DNA from: a virus
Taxonomy: Duplodnaviria > Caudoviricetes
Length of the DNA stretch: 57,016 bases
Reading direction: 5' to 3' (one strand)
IMG/VR virus record: IMGVR_UViG_3300033076_000232
Span: 1 to 57,016 of that record
Shown: piece by piece, positions 36,673 to 47,194 of the stretch
Numbering within the stretch: the first letter of the stretch is position 1
Layout of the letters: each line of letters begins with the position of its first letter
Program-made: the position numbers and the translations under genes
The notes under the pieces: generated by a model
The model's database searches: none
Seen by the model: only the letters and a program-made list of their open reading frames with translations
What the model was told of the DNA's origin: nothing

Positions 36673-37645
36673 GATTAGCCGTAGGCGCCACAGGCTCGTT
36701 GTACTTATCCAAACCGTACTGCGCAGCTGTGGCGCCTAAGCCTAAGGCAAGCCCAGGGATTTGCAATCCTGGAACCATGGACATCAAACCGCCTGCACCG
36801 GCCAATGCTGATAGCACCATACCCGATCGGTCGCCATTCATGTAACGTTGGTAAGCTTCATAAAAGCTAAGACCAGCTCCGGCGCCGCCTAAGGCACCAC
36901 CAACAATAGGAGACTTGGCAACACTTGCCACTTTAGCCATAGGACCTGGAGTTGCATCGGCTAAGCGCTTAGCGGCAGCAGCCTCAGCAGCTGGCATTGC
37001 TGCGTTTCTTGCAGCATTTGCATCTTCAGCTTCTCTGCCCTGTCTAATCAGTCTATCCACCAAAGACTCTTTGATTTGCCCGGGCTCGCCTGCGCTGTAG
37101 ATGTCAGGCCCAAACTTCTTGGTTAGCTTTTTGGTGACTTCGCCTTGGCCTTTACTGCGCTGATAAGCTGCAGCAGCCTCTGGTACGCCGCCTGCAATCT
37201 CTTTGTTACCGCCTGCCCAGTTTTGGTACCACTTGGTTCCTGAGGTTTGTGCCTTAGGCTGAGCCAATTGCTCTGGTGGGATACCTGCTTTAAGAAGTTC
37301 TTCATCACGTAGCTTTTGCAGCATATCTTTAATACGCTGCTCCTCCTGTAGTTTCTTAACGCCTTCAGCAGTTCGCATTTCCTGCGTTGGGAATAGCTTT
37401 GCCATGCCCTTTTGAACGAGCGGGCCGGATGCGGCACCTACGCCAGTGGCAACGGCTTTTTCTTCGCCTTGCGTCATTCCAATTTCAGGAAATAACGTGT
37501 TGGCGCGTTTGCCTGTAGCCTTCGCAGTCTTTGCAGGGCCAATTGGCGCATCAAAGAGGGGGTCGAGATGCCCTAAACCCTCACCTTGTGATGTATCCTG
37601 TTGGTCACCAAAAATAAGTGCATCCAGCTTATCATCTTTTGCCAT
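36626..37645 (-). CDS. Putative internal virion/ejection protein with a hydrophobic Gly-rich C-terminus
   Basis: GGALGGAGAG and ALAGAGG..LALGLGA segments; last gene of the structural arm. Confidence 0.55.
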   Translation of the reverse strand: MAKDDKLDALIFGDQQDTSQGEGLGHLDPLFDAPIGPAKTAKATGKRANTLFPEIGMTQGEEKAVATGVGAASGPLVQKGMAKLFPTQEMRTAEGVKKLQEEQRIKDMLQKLRDEELLKAGIPPEQLAQPKAQTSGTKWYQNWAGGNKEIAGGVPEAAAAYQRSKGQGEVTKKLTKKFGPDIYSAGEPGQIKESLVDRLIRQGREAEDANAARNAAMPAAEAAAAKRLADATPGPMAKVASVAKSPIVGGALGGAGAGLSFYEAYQRYMNGDRSGMVLSALAGAGGLMSMVPGLQIPGLALGLGATAAQYGLDKYNEPVAPTANPMALPPPSVTPGSAR

Positions 37646-37656
37646 ACATCAGCTCT

Positions 37657-39219
37657 TTAAGGGTTAAATTGGCGGAACAACTGCATCCGATAATCGGCGT
37701 AGTCCTTGTTGATCTTCTCATACACGCTGCCGGGGCTGAAGAATTGGCGTGGCGATGCTGACGGGCCAGCCTTGCTGGAGTACTGGTCATACGCGCCGTA
37801 CAAAGCTTCACGTTGCTTATTCAATAACAATTGCTGGCGTGCCCACAACTGAACTGCCCTTGATGAGTCATCAATGCTTGCCATTGGGGCTTGTAAGAGT
37901 CTTGCGTCGTTGTCGGTGGGGTTAACACCTAGCAGGCCCTTGTTGGCTTTTACGTTAGACAAGAATTCAGTCCCCAAGATGCGGCTAACATCTCGTACGG
38001 CTTGCTGATCTTCAGGCGACAGCTTAACGCGTTGCAAGAATTCTTTAACCGGCAAACCAATCCGTACGTTGTATTGACCGGCTTGAGCTTGGATGCCTTC
38101 TTGCGCTGCAGTCATCAAGCCGGAAAGCAAACCCTCATTTTGCATCATCGCAAAGATTTGTGGCTTCTTGGCAGCAATCTCATGCAATTGCTTCAAGTTA
38201 GTATTGGATGACTCCAACAGCTGTGGGGTGTAATTGACAATCTCATCGCGCTTGGCGTTGAAAACCTTGTCAGTATCTTGTACACGTTGCTTTTGAATCT
38301 CGGCTTGTGCCGCCAAAGGCACACCAGCCAGATCAGCAGGCTTACCAGCCGAAACCGGAGCTTGACCGGGTGTAGGCATTGCAGGCTGCGCTGTAACAGC
38401 TGGAGCTGCAGGCAATTGACCTGCTTGTTGCTGTGCAACTAATGGCATAACCACCGGCGCTGCTGGAGGAACACCAGGGACAGCACCGGGCATTGCTGCT
38501 GGAGCTCCGGGCAACGCACCAGTTGGTGCTGCAGGTGCTGCTGGCTTAGGCACATCAGCAAGACGTGCACCACTAGGCATCAACGCAACAACATCTGGAC
38601 CGTACTTGGCAATAAGCTCAGCCTCACCCATACCCATCTTACGATCTTCAAGGGCGTTGGTAATCTTACGCTGACCTTGCTCGGCATCAAACTTTTGTCT
38701 ATCAAGGTTAAGTTTGTCCAAGTCACTTTGCATAGTGAATGTGCCTTTGACAATCTCACCAACCTTTGGCGATAGCTGCGCAACAATAGGGTAAATCTTT
38801 GCAAGCTTGGCTGCAACATCCGGCGTTACATTGCCACTTGACAATACGCCTTCAACTTGAGCAGGCGCAACGCCTAACGTTGCTGAAAGCAATTGCAAAG
38901 CTTTGCCTTGGTTCTCTACTTCATACTTTTGGCCCGCCAACTGCGCACGCATTTGCGCAATAGGCAGCTCAGCTTCACGCTGTTTTTCTTGCTGCGCGCC
39001 AATTACACCCGCCGCTCTGCCTAAGGCTTCACCAAAATTGCCTGTGCGGCCGGGGTCTAACAGCGCAGCGCCAACTTGAAATAAGTTAGGGCCTTGTTGT
39101 GTTCTTGCTTCCAAAGCTGCAAGGGTCTTTTGAATAGCATCAAAATACTCATTCTTAGCTTGGTCATCCCCACCAATCATGAATGGGGTTGATGAAGGCA
39201 GAGCGCCTGTTGTTGCCAT
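37657..39219 (-). CDS. Putative internal virion/ejection protein
   Basis: 520 aa, helical, Q/A-rich with a Pro-Ala linker; GNFGEALG motif. Confidence 0.55.
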   Translation of the reverse strand: MATTGALPSSTPFMIGGDDQAKNEYFDAIQKTLAALEARTQQGPNLFQVGAALLDPGRTGNFGEALGRAAGVIGAQQEKQREAELPIAQMRAQLAGQKYEVENQGKALQLLSATLGVAPAQVEGVLSSGNVTPDVAAKLAKIYPIVAQLSPKVGEIVKGTFTMQSDLDKLNLDRQKFDAEQGQRKITNALEDRKMGMGEAELIAKYGPDVVALMPSGARLADVPKPAAPAAPTGALPGAPAAMPGAVPGVPPAAPVVMPLVAQQQAGQLPAAPAVTAQPAMPTPGQAPVSAGKPADLAGVPLAAQAEIQKQRVQDTDKVFNAKRDEIVNYTPQLLESSNTNLKQLHEIAAKKPQIFAMMQNEGLLSGLMTAAQEGIQAQAGQYNVRIGLPVKEFLQRVKLSPEDQQAVRDVSRILGTEFLSNVKANKGLLGVNPTDNDARLLQAPMASIDDSSRAVQLWARQQLLLNKQREALYGAYDQYSSKAGPSASPRQFFSPGSVYEKINKDYADYRMQLFRQFNP

Positions 39220-39220
39220 T

Positions 39221-40198
39221 TTAAGACTCCCACTCTAGTTGAGTAATGTCACTAGGCATGCCAACTTTGCTATCAAGCTGAAAGTTGTTCCACAGATTGG
39301 TAACCCCTGTGCCAATGGCTTTTCCAAATGGCGTATTGCTTACACCACCAATGATGGAGCCTAAGCCTGCAATCTGCTGTAATGGCGAGGCAGCGTAAGC
39401 ACCAGGAATTGGGCCTGTGTAAGTATTATCTACTGTGGTTGGCACGTTGTAGCCACGCAGTGCTTGTGCGCCCAGATTTAATGCCGTCAATGGGAACAGC
39501 TCAGCGTTCTGATTGATAGTCTGCTGCTGGCCGCCTAGTGTAGCCAATGCGTTAATGTCCGCCAAATTAGCCGCTTGGCCTGCTGTGGCAAGACTGCCAT
39601 ATTGCTGAGCTGCGTTTAGCTTTTGCGTTTGGTCAGCCTGCGCCGCGCGCAATGCTTCAGTATAACCTTGCTGCAATGCCTGTGACTGCGCAGCTTGCGT
39701 ATTTGCTAAGCCTGTGTTAATGGCTTGGCCCAGTACCTCGGCGCCACGCTTAGATCCAAATTGGCCAGTGCCAACTGCAGACGCAGTAGCCTGTGGTGCT
39801 AAGAATTGCTGAATATTCCGTTGCCCCAACGCGCCAAGTGCATCCACAACCTGCGTTGTGTAGGGGTTCATAAACTGCTCAACGCGACTTTGGCCATTAG
39901 CAATTGGCAAGCCTGTCTTTGGGTCTACAGGCTTTGCGGTAATATCGGCTTGTCCAATATTACTTGTTGCCTGCAGTGCGCGGTCAAAGTACCCGGGGTA
40001 CGTATTAGTCGTTGTTGCAGCTTTTTCAAAAGCCGCAGTTTGCAACGGCTGCGCATTTGCGTAACTTGCACCAGAGATGCCTGTCGTAACGCCTTTGGCT
40101 AAGTTGCTTAGATAATCAGTGTACCAAGACGGCGCAGAAGTTACTTGACTCTGCGTCGTGGTGATATTCGGTAGGGGATCACCTTGCATTAAACTCAT
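39221..40198 (-). CDS. Putative DNA-pilot/ejection protein
   Basis: FMNPY..QV, GQFGSKR, SPLQQIAGLG motifs; Q/A-rich. Confidence 0.6.
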   Translation of the reverse strand: MSLMQGDPLPNITTTQSQVTSAPSWYTDYLSNLAKGVTTGISGASYANAQPLQTAAFEKAATTTNTYPGYFDRALQATSNIGQADITAKPVDPKTGLPIANGQSRVEQFMNPYTTQVVDALGALGQRNIQQFLAPQATASAVGTGQFGSKRGAEVLGQAINTGLANTQAAQSQALQQGYTEALRAAQADQTQKLNAAQQYGSLATAGQAANLADINALATLGGQQQTINQNAELFPLTALNLGAQALRGYNVPTTVDNTYTGPIPGAYAASPLQQIAGLGSIIGGVSNTPFGKAIGTGVTNLWNNFQLDSKVGMPSDITQLEWES

Positions 40199-43100
40199 TT
40201 TATGCCTTTCAAATACGACAGGGGTGACTTAGCCTTTGGAGGTATTTTACCTACTGGGGCTGATCGCTTATGTTTTCTTATGCTTTCACGCATTTTATCC
40301 AAAACTAGGGCTCCAGCCTTATTTGAGCCGTTGCCCAATGCTGCAACAGTGTCAGCATCAAACACGTATTCGCCATCCGCCAACATGGCCGGAATGCTGT
40401 CCGATTGACCATCACCTGCGCCTTGCACGTAATTGCCGGTCTTTCCGGTGATAAACTCGGGAATATGTTCAACCTGACCGCCTCTAGCATACCCTGTCAG
40501 AGGACTGCCGCCTAAGTACTTTAGGCCCGACGCCGTTAAGCTGCCAGTGTCATAGCCCGGGATGACAGTGCTATTGTCATTGCCTTTTACGGGATTCCCG
40601 GGCGATGGGGTACCAGCAAGTCGTGAGCCTACAAAGTCTGTGCCCTCATCTGTAGGCGTGAATTGTGATGTTGCAGGTTGAATTCTGCCTGTCAAAACTT
40701 GCAGTAGCTTGGGGTCTACATTGGCCAGCTGTGGATAAAGTTGCGTGAGTTGTGTCATTCCAGATACGTCCTTGACTGGCGCGCCAGCCAGCATTGTAGG
40801 CGTCAAAGTTCCGGGCAACGCGCCCGTGCTTGTTGGCGTCGTGATTGCGCCTAACGCCCCAGACTGCTGTTGCGGTGTTGGCGTTGGTGTTGGCGTTGTT
40901 GGCGTTGGTGTTGGCGTTGTTGGCGTTGTTGGCGTTGTTGGCGGCGTAGTCGTAATTGTAGGCGGCACTTCAGGCGGCACAATCGTATCAGTTGTGGTAG
41001 TAACTAGAGGCGGCGTAGGCGTTGTCCCTATGGGCGTTGTAGGCAACGCGCCTGTAGGTATTGTCAGCGTTGGAAGATCAGCGTTAGTTGTTGGCGTGCT
41101 TACAACGGTTGGGTTGCTTGTAACAGTTGGTGTTGTAGTAACTGTTGGCGTTGCAGTAACTGTTGCTAACGGGTTAGTTAAGACAGTTGGGTTGCTTGTA
41201 ACCGTTGAAACCGAAGTAACATTGGCATTGGCGGCAGCAGCAGCGTCGGCAGCGGCTTTAGCATCAGCAACAGCCTTGGCATCTGCAGCGGCTTTTGCGT
41301 CGGCAGCAGCCTTGGCATCAGCGGCAGCCTTAGCTGCGGCCATTGCGGCTAAAGTACTATTTGTTGTAGACGTAGTTGTAGTTGTTACGTTGGCTGCGGT
41401 AGCCGCGTCAGCGGCAGCCTTAGCATCTGCGGCAGCCTTAGCATCTGCGGCAGCCTTAGCATCTGCAGCAGCTTTTGCGTCAGCTGCGGCCTTAGCATCT
41501 GCGGCAGCTTTTGCGTCAGCTGCGGCCTTAGCATCAGCAGCAATTTGCGCAGCAGTAGCAGCATCAGCGGCAGCTTTTGCGTCAGCAGCAGCCTTAGCAT
41601 CTGCGGCAGCCTTGGCATCAGCAGCAACTTGTGCGTCCGCGGCAGCCTTAGCAGCAGCATCTGCGGCAGCCTTAGCAGCGGCATCAGCTGAGGCTTTAGT
41701 AGCAGCATCCGCGGCAGCAGCAGCGTCGGCAGCAGCTTTAGCGTCGGCAGCGGCCTTAGCAGCAGCAGCGTCAGCTGCAATCTTGGCGTCTGCTAAAACC
41801 TTAGCGTCAGCAGCAGCTTTGGCTGCGGCGGCATCAGCAGCAACTTGAGCTGCAATGGCAGCGTCAGACGCAGCCTTGGCATCAGCGGCAGCTTTGGCAA
41901 CGGCAGCAGCTGTAGTGGCAGCTTGGGCATCAGCGGCAGCTTGCAAGGCAACATCAACTGCGGATTGGCCACTTGTAGTGGCTGCTACCGTAGCGCCTGT
42001 CCCAACTGTTGATAGCGCCCCAGTGCCGGTTGTTGCTGCAGCGCCTGTATCTGCTGCTGTTGCGCCAGCTGTTGTAGTTAATGCCCCAGTGCCGGTTGTC
42101 GCTGCAGTGCCTCCACCAACGGTTGATAGAGCGCCTGTATTGGCAGTGGCAGCAGCTGTGTTCTTTGATGCAACCGCCGCACTGACATCGGCTAGACTCA
42201 AACCAGCTTCTGCCATTGCAGCGCCAACTTCAGCCTGCGATGCGCCTGGGTGATCAGCTAACCAAGAGTTGATGCTTTCATAAACTTGATCTTGTGAGAT
42301 GTTGTTCTCTTGCGCCCATTTCATACCTGCGCTTGAAAGATCCAAGTTTGAATTGGCGTTGCCAATATTGGCCAAAGTTTGCGCGCCGGTATCGCTAACT
42401 ACAGACTGCCCTGTTGCTGCGTCAACTAATGAGGTAACATTGCCTGAGCCATCAGTGGATGCAATCCCAGACTTGCTAAGCTCTTCATTAAGTGTGGCGT
42501 TTGCCTCAGCAACAATGTTTTGAATGTTTGAAACTTCAATAGAGGATGAGGTTTTACCTGCAACAAGGCCTTCAACCACGCCTTGTGTAAGTGACTTGTT
42601 GATATTTACTGGTCGGCCTAGAGCAACATCTGTCAATACGTCGGTTGTAAACGCCTCAATAAGATCGGATGTACCTTCTTTTGTAAAGCTAGAGCCCGCC
42701 TTGGTTGTTGCCTTGCTAAGTGCATTGCTAACCTTATTGATCAGCGCCGTATCTGTAACACCGCCTGTAGCCACAGTAACCGCGGCTGCAATTTCAAATG
42801 CGGTTGTTGCCTCGGCTTCAGCTTGTGCAAGTGTTTTATTTGCCGCCAAAGCCTCACGCAGTTTATCATTATATGCAGCACCGCCGGACTCCATGGCATT
42901 CAATGCAACATCGGTGCCTACAGCAGCAAACTTGCCTGCGTACTTAAGCACTTTTATGCCTAAGCCAATTGGCAAACCTTCCTGAAGAACTTCAATTGCA
43001 GCCATATTAAGAGACTGCGGATTGTTATACACTGCTTTTACGCCTGCAACAATTTTATTGCCTAGCCCTTGCGCGTCATTGACAGCTTGAATAACATTTT

Positions 43101-44949
43101 GATTGGCTTGGTTAACAGACTCAAGCTGTAAAGCCTCACCTGCGCGTGTAATACTTTGACCCGCATTGGTCAATGCATTAACTGGGCCCGTAAGACCAAT
43201 GGCAGACGCTGTGCCGCCAAGGAACTCGTTGATCTGCCCAGTGGCTTGTGCAATGTTTGATAAGCCTTGCTGCGCAATTGCGGCAGCTGTGGTGCCTTCC
43301 CCAAAGAGGGAGTTGATGGCGTCTTTAGCTGCGTTTGCTGTTTGCGTAGCTTTGGCTAAACCTAAAGCGTTATTTTGCTCAAATAATCTTTTAGACTCAG
43401 CACTAGACTCAGTGGTGTTAGCATTAGCCAGCGCGGCGTTTTGGTTAGCCAACCGCTGTGTTTCGGCGTTGGATTGCTGTACTGTAAGATTAGGCGTTTG
43501 CAAAGCGCCAATGGTATTGCCTAAGGCGTCTGTTGTTGCAGAGCCCGACCAATAGTCATTGGCTGAGGCGTTCAATACGTTATTGGCGCTTGTCAATGCT
43601 GCAGTATTTTTAGCTGCCAACGCACGTGCTGTGGCGTCATTTTGCGCAGCAACTGTTTGCGACGCGTCTGTTACTGTAGATAAGTTAGCTGCATTTAGCG
43701 CGTTAATCTTGGCGTTTGCTGCAGCTTGTGCTTCTTCGGCCGTGCCTGTTGTATACGTGCCTGTTACGCCTGTTGCGGGGTTTGTCCACTCAAAAGTTCT
43801 ATTAGGGCCAAACGCTAAACGGTTAGCTGCAAACGCGTCATTAAATGAGGTGGCCTTATTACCAGCAGCTGCGTTAGCGGCAACGGCTGCGTCGTAGTTA
43901 CCAAACTCATCAGTGTAGTTGCCTGCGTCAACCAAAATGTTAGGCATACCAGTGATGGTGCTTAAGGCGCCGCCACCGTCGGTAATTGAAGATGTAATGT
44001 CTTTAGTTGCAAGGTTAGATACTGCGGTAGAACCACTAGTTACGGCTGCGTTATTTTGCAACTGATTGACAACATTGGTTGCGGTAGCTTGGTTAGAGCC
44101 GGTGGCATTAGCAAAAGTCTTAGCCGCAGCATCTAAATTGCCGGTAGTGGTTAGCGTAGCAGCAGCAGCGCCTAATGCCTTATTGCCTGTCTCTTCTGTA
44201 ACGGTTGTGCCTACAACAGATCCAATAATAGAAGCGCCTACATTATCTAAGTTGCCTGTTACTGCGGCGTTAGATACCGTTGTTGCGGCGTTATTGATAA
44301 CCTTCTGCATGAAAGGGTCATCTACAACGCCTGACAACGCGTCCACCACTGTGTCATTCACCACTGACCCCAGAGCGCCTGTTACTTGCGACTTAATTGT
44401 GTTTTCCACAATCTTATCTAATGGCGTGCCCTGTGCTACTTGCAATGCTGCATTGGCAATAGCAGTGCCGGTTGCAGTAGATACACCGAGTGTTGCAGCA
44501 ATTTCAGCGCCTACGACAGGCAAAAAGTATGCTGATGCTAGAGCAACAATATCTTTTAAGCCGCTATCAACTTTTTGAGTAACACCAGTTCGCTCATACG
44601 TGCCATCAGCGCCTAATTGTGTATACGTCGAGCCAACAGGCGCTTTGTAGTTTACGTCGCCCGTAGTTTTGTCTACAAAAATATTTTGCAACGCGCCAAT
44701 TTGCTGATCTTCGCCAGAGCCAATAACTTGGTAGCTAGGCACAATACGGGTATCGCCTAGCGTGATGGAAGAGCCTTGCGGGACTGTAGCCGCAGCACGC
44801 GCAATAATCTCATTAACAGATGTTCCGGTAGCCGCAGCCATTTGCGCAGGTGAAACACCGTACGTGGCCATGTTAGACGCAATCTCTGCGTCACTCATGC
44901 CGGGATTAGCGGTTAAAAAATCAAGAATCTGTTGATTGGTAACTGCCAT
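40195..44949 (-). CDS. Large low-complexity virion protein (1584 aa) with AKAAAD repeats and C-terminal GDGQSDSIPAMLADGEYV domain
   Basis: Uninterrupted ORF; Ala/Thr-rich; conserved C-terminal domain. Confidence 0.75.
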   Translation of the reverse strand: MAVTNQQILDFLTANPGMSDAEIASNMATYGVSPAQMAAATGTSVNEIIARAAATVPQGSSITLGDTRIVPSYQVIGSGEDQQIGALQNIFVDKTTGDVNYKAPVGSTYTQLGADGTYERTGVTQKVDSGLKDIVALASAYFLPVVGAEIAATLGVSTATGTAIANAALQVAQGTPLDKIVENTIKSQVTGALGSVVNDTVVDALSGVVDDPFMQKVINNAATTVSNAAVTGNLDNVGASIIGSVVGTTVTEETGNKALGAAAATLTTTGNLDAAAKTFANATGSNQATATNVVNQLQNNAAVTSGSTAVSNLATKDITSSITDGGGALSTITGMPNILVDAGNYTDEFGNYDAAVAANAAAGNKATSFNDAFAANRLAFGPNRTFEWTNPATGVTGTYTTGTAEEAQAAANAKINALNAANLSTVTDASQTVAAQNDATARALAAKNTAALTSANNVLNASANDYWSGSATTDALGNTIGALQTPNLTVQQSNAETQRLANQNAALANANTTESSAESKRLFEQNNALGLAKATQTANAAKDAINSLFGEGTTAAAIAQQGLSNIAQATGQINEFLGGTASAIGLTGPVNALTNAGQSITRAGEALQLESVNQANQNVIQAVNDAQGLGNKIVAGVKAVYNNPQSLNMAAIEVLQEGLPIGLGIKVLKYAGKFAAVGTDVALNAMESGGAAYNDKLREALAANKTLAQAEAEATTAFEIAAAVTVATGGVTDTALINKVSNALSKATTKAGSSFTKEGTSDLIEAFTTDVLTDVALGRPVNINKSLTQGVVEGLVAGKTSSSIEVSNIQNIVAEANATLNEELSKSGIASTDGSGNVTSLVDAATGQSVVSDTGAQTLANIGNANSNLDLSSAGMKWAQENNISQDQVYESINSWLADHPGASQAEVGAAMAEAGLSLADVSAAVASKNTAAATANTGALSTVGGGTAATTGTGALTTTAGATAADTGAAATTGTGALSTVGTGATVAATTSGQSAVDVALQAAADAQAATTAAAVAKAAADAKAASDAAIAAQVAADAAAAKAAADAKVLADAKIAADAAAAKAAADAKAAADAAAAADAATKASADAAAKAAADAAAKAAADAQVAADAKAAADAKAAADAKAAADAATAAQIAADAKAAADAKAAADAKAAADAKAAADAKAAADAKAAADAKAAADAATAANVTTTTTSTTNSTLAAMAAAKAAADAKAAADAKAAADAKAVADAKAAADAAAAANANVTSVSTVTSNPTVLTNPLATVTATPTVTTTPTVTSNPTVVSTPTTNADLPTLTIPTGALPTTPIGTTPTPPLVTTTTDTIVPPEVPPTITTTPPTTPTTPTTPTPTPTTPTPTPTPQQQSGALGAITTPTSTGALPGTLTPTMLAGAPVKDVSGMTQLTQLYPQLANVDPKLLQVLTGRIQPATSQFTPTDEGTDFVGSRLAGTPSPGNPVKGNDNSTVIPGYDTGSLTASGLKYLGGSPLTGYARGGQVEHIPEFITGKTGNYVQGAGDGQSDSIPAMLADGEYVFDADTVAALGNGSNKAGALVLDKMRESIRKHKRSAPVGKIPPKAKSPLSYLKGIK
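40865..40945. repeat. GTTGGC/GTTGGT tandem repeat encoding a Pro-Thr linker
   Basis: ggcgttggtgttggcgttgtt repeated. Confidence 0.85.
41230..41945. repeat. Degenerate 18-bp tandem repeat encoding (AKAAAD)n
   Basis: gcagccttagcatctgcg-type units. Confidence 0.85.
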
Positions 44950-44951
44950 AA

Positions 44952-45212
44952 TCAGCTCGTAGAAGGGTTAACTGCGTTGACAAGCTGCTCAGCCCATTCT
45001 TGCCAATCATCAAATTGATACGGTCCGGGGATACCCTCATTGGTAAACACGTCAATGGCTTTCAAACCTGCGCCCCATTCTTTCCAGTCTGTATTGGCAT
45101 CGGGAATTGAAAGCTGTTGTGCTGCATACAACTCAACCATTAAACAGCCCCACGACTCAAAGGTATGATACCTAGGGTCATAGACCAGTGCAACGTTAAG
45201 TGGATTTGCCAT
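44952..45212 (-). CDS. Conserved Trp-rich small virion protein
   Basis: DPR...W...WKEWG...PYQFDDWQEWA. Confidence 0.7.
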   Translation of the reverse strand: MANPLNVALVYDPRYHTFESWGCLMVELYAAQQLSIPDANTDWKEWGAGLKAIDVFTNEGIPGPYQFDDWQEWAEQLVNAVNPSTS

Positions 45213-47194
45213 TACGGTCTCACATCACCAATATCAGCGTCCAAGATCACTTTACCTAACTGGTAATCACCACCAGCTACGTTGGATACAAATTTTAACC
45301 TTAATTCACGACGCTGTTCACGCATATCGATTTTAAGAGTATCTGGGTCAAACGTGTAAGGGCCGGTTGTTTCATCTGTTGAGGTTGCAAATGAGTTGCC
45401 GGTAACATACAACTCCATCTCCCCTTCTTGGATAAAGTCAGGCTCAACCCTTTCTAACCGCAACCAGCGGTTTTCACCAACTGGACTAGGCTGCGAAGGG
45501 CCACCGGATACCCAACCAAGGTCATTTGTTTCAAAATACGACTCAATTGCAACGGCTGTGGCGCCACTTACCTTGTCAGTTCCAATCTCATTCTGATACA
45601 AAGGCACAAAACTCATCAACGACGTGACCGTAATGGCAAAGCTGGAGCCTCCACCAAACGTGGCTGATAAGACATCAGCTGCGGTGTAGTTCACACCGTG
45701 GCCATTGATCACGACAGTTGTAACTACGCCGCCTGCAACCGTAATATTTGCAGTAGCTCCAGTGCCAGTACCGCCTGTAAGTGGCGTGTTATTGTACGTA
45801 GCGTCTGTATAACCCGATCCAGCATTGGTCAAAGTGAATGCCAATACGCCACCAGTGGCGGTAGTATTCCAATCTGCTGAGATTGGGTAGTGGAATACTT
45901 GAGAAAAGTAGCCTGCAGACCGCTGCGCGCCTAACGCAAACCCCGCGTCGTACCAGACATTCTCACGCACGTTGTAAATAACAGCATTATTGCACTCTGT
46001 GGCATTGCCTGATGGGTAAAACCACCAGATTTCACCAAAACGAGGCACTTTGGTAACCCAAACTTTCTCACGAGCAGCGTAGTTTAAGTTGTCAAAGAAG
46101 TAGTTTTGGTTAAAAGTATTAGGAATCTCCTTTACAACGCCATTGTAAAGCAAGAATCTGTCAACACCGCACCAGTAATACACGCCGTCGTACTCAATAA
46201 CAGACTGGCTTGAGAGGATGGATGATTGGCTGGTAATAAGGTCATACCGCCAATATTGTGGAGGCGAGCCTGTGCCACCAATGAAAGATACACGAATTAA
46301 AGAATCCAAACTCCAAAAGAGGCCCGATGGTGCATTTGAGCCACCACGTACAGGTAATCCTTGGACAATCTTACCGGTGGCCACTGAGACCTCGTTGGCA
46401 TCAGCAGATACCCAATCCTGTACATTTCCTGCCGAGCAATTCTTAATTAGGCCATCATTGCCGTAAACAAACACATAAGGGTGCAAAGTAACCACACCAC
46501 CAGACACTGCAACGTTATTGTCAAAAGTCAAAGTGATTGACGAACCTGTTGCTGTGGCAGGCGCTGAGATGGTCAATGTCGTAGATGAAATGGATACCAC
46601 AGTGGCACCAGATGGGATGCCTGTACCAGTTACCGATTGACCCGCACCAATTTGCGTGTCAGTGGTAGCCATGGTAATGGTAGTCAAACCACTGGTAATG
46701 GTTGCAGCCACAGAGGTAAATACCCCAATAGGGCTCAAACTTGTGCCTGTAATTAAACCACCAAGTACTCTAGTATTGACGTTGTTGTCAATTAGTGTGA
46801 GGTTCTGGCCTGGGTGAGCCAGCAAAAGGTTATTACCTGATCCAGTGCCATCAAAAAACGTATCAAACTGCCAAAGATTGTCAGCATTAGCAGTAAAGCC
46901 GGTCAGCGTCATGTCGGTAATGCCTGAGCCCGTGCCATTGTTGTCAATTGGCAAAAGCTGCAAACCACCCGAATACCCGCTAAACACGTTGTTAAAACTT
47001 TGCTGCGGGTTCAAATAGATACCGCGGCTTGGACCTGCCAAGTCATTCACAATCTCTCTATAGCCACCAATTTTACGAGGCCGACCGCGTTGAAAACGTA
47101 CCCAACGTCCATCGTTATAGTAGTCTTTATCAAAGACAGTGCCGTCTCGCTGAATCCCAGGTTTTGTATCCAGCGCAAATACTTTTTTGGTCAT
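45212..47194 (-). CDS. Tail nozzle / DNA-stabilisation (P22 gp10-like beta-propeller) protein
   Basis: WVRFQRGRPRKIGG, FGEIWWFYP, RVEPDF motifs; 660 aa. Confidence 0.7.
   Translation of the reverse strand: MTKKVFALDTKPGIQRDGTVFDKDYYNDGRWVRFQRGRPRKIGGYREIVNDLAGPSRGIYLNPQQSFNNVFSGYSGGLQLLPIDNNGTGSGITDMTLTGFTANADNLWQFDTFFDGTGSGNNLLLAHPGQNLTLIDNNVNTRVLGGLITGTSLSPIGVFTSVAATITSGLTTITMATTDTQIGAGQSVTGTGIPSGATVVSISSTTLTISAPATATGSSITLTFDNNVAVSGGVVTLHPYVFVYGNDGLIKNCSAGNVQDWVSADANEVSVATGKIVQGLPVRGGSNAPSGLFWSLDSLIRVSFIGGTGSPPQYWRYDLITSQSSILSSQSVIEYDGVYYWCGVDRFLLYNGVVKEIPNTFNQNYFFDNLNYAAREKVWVTKVPRFGEIWWFYPSGNATECNNAVIYNVRENVWYDAGFALGAQRSAGYFSQVFHYPISADWNTTATGGVLAFTLTNAGSGYTDATYNNTPLTGGTGTGATANITVAGGVVTTVVINGHGVNYTAADVLSATFGGGSSFAITVTSLMSFVPLYQNEIGTDKVSGATAVAIESYFETNDLGWVSGGPSQPSPVGENRWLRLERVEPDFIQEGEMELYVTGNSFATSTDETTGPYTFDPDTLKIDMREQRRELRLKFVSNVAGGDYQLGKVILDADIGDVRP

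Noticed and set aside
41230-41945. CRISPR-like array
   Set aside because: Contiguous degenerate 18-bp coding repeats without unique spacers
40745-44578. Long + strand ORFs (367, 153, 170 aa, etc.)
   Set aside because: Antisense shadows of the Ala/Thr-rich repetitive 1584-aa gene; no RBS or operon context
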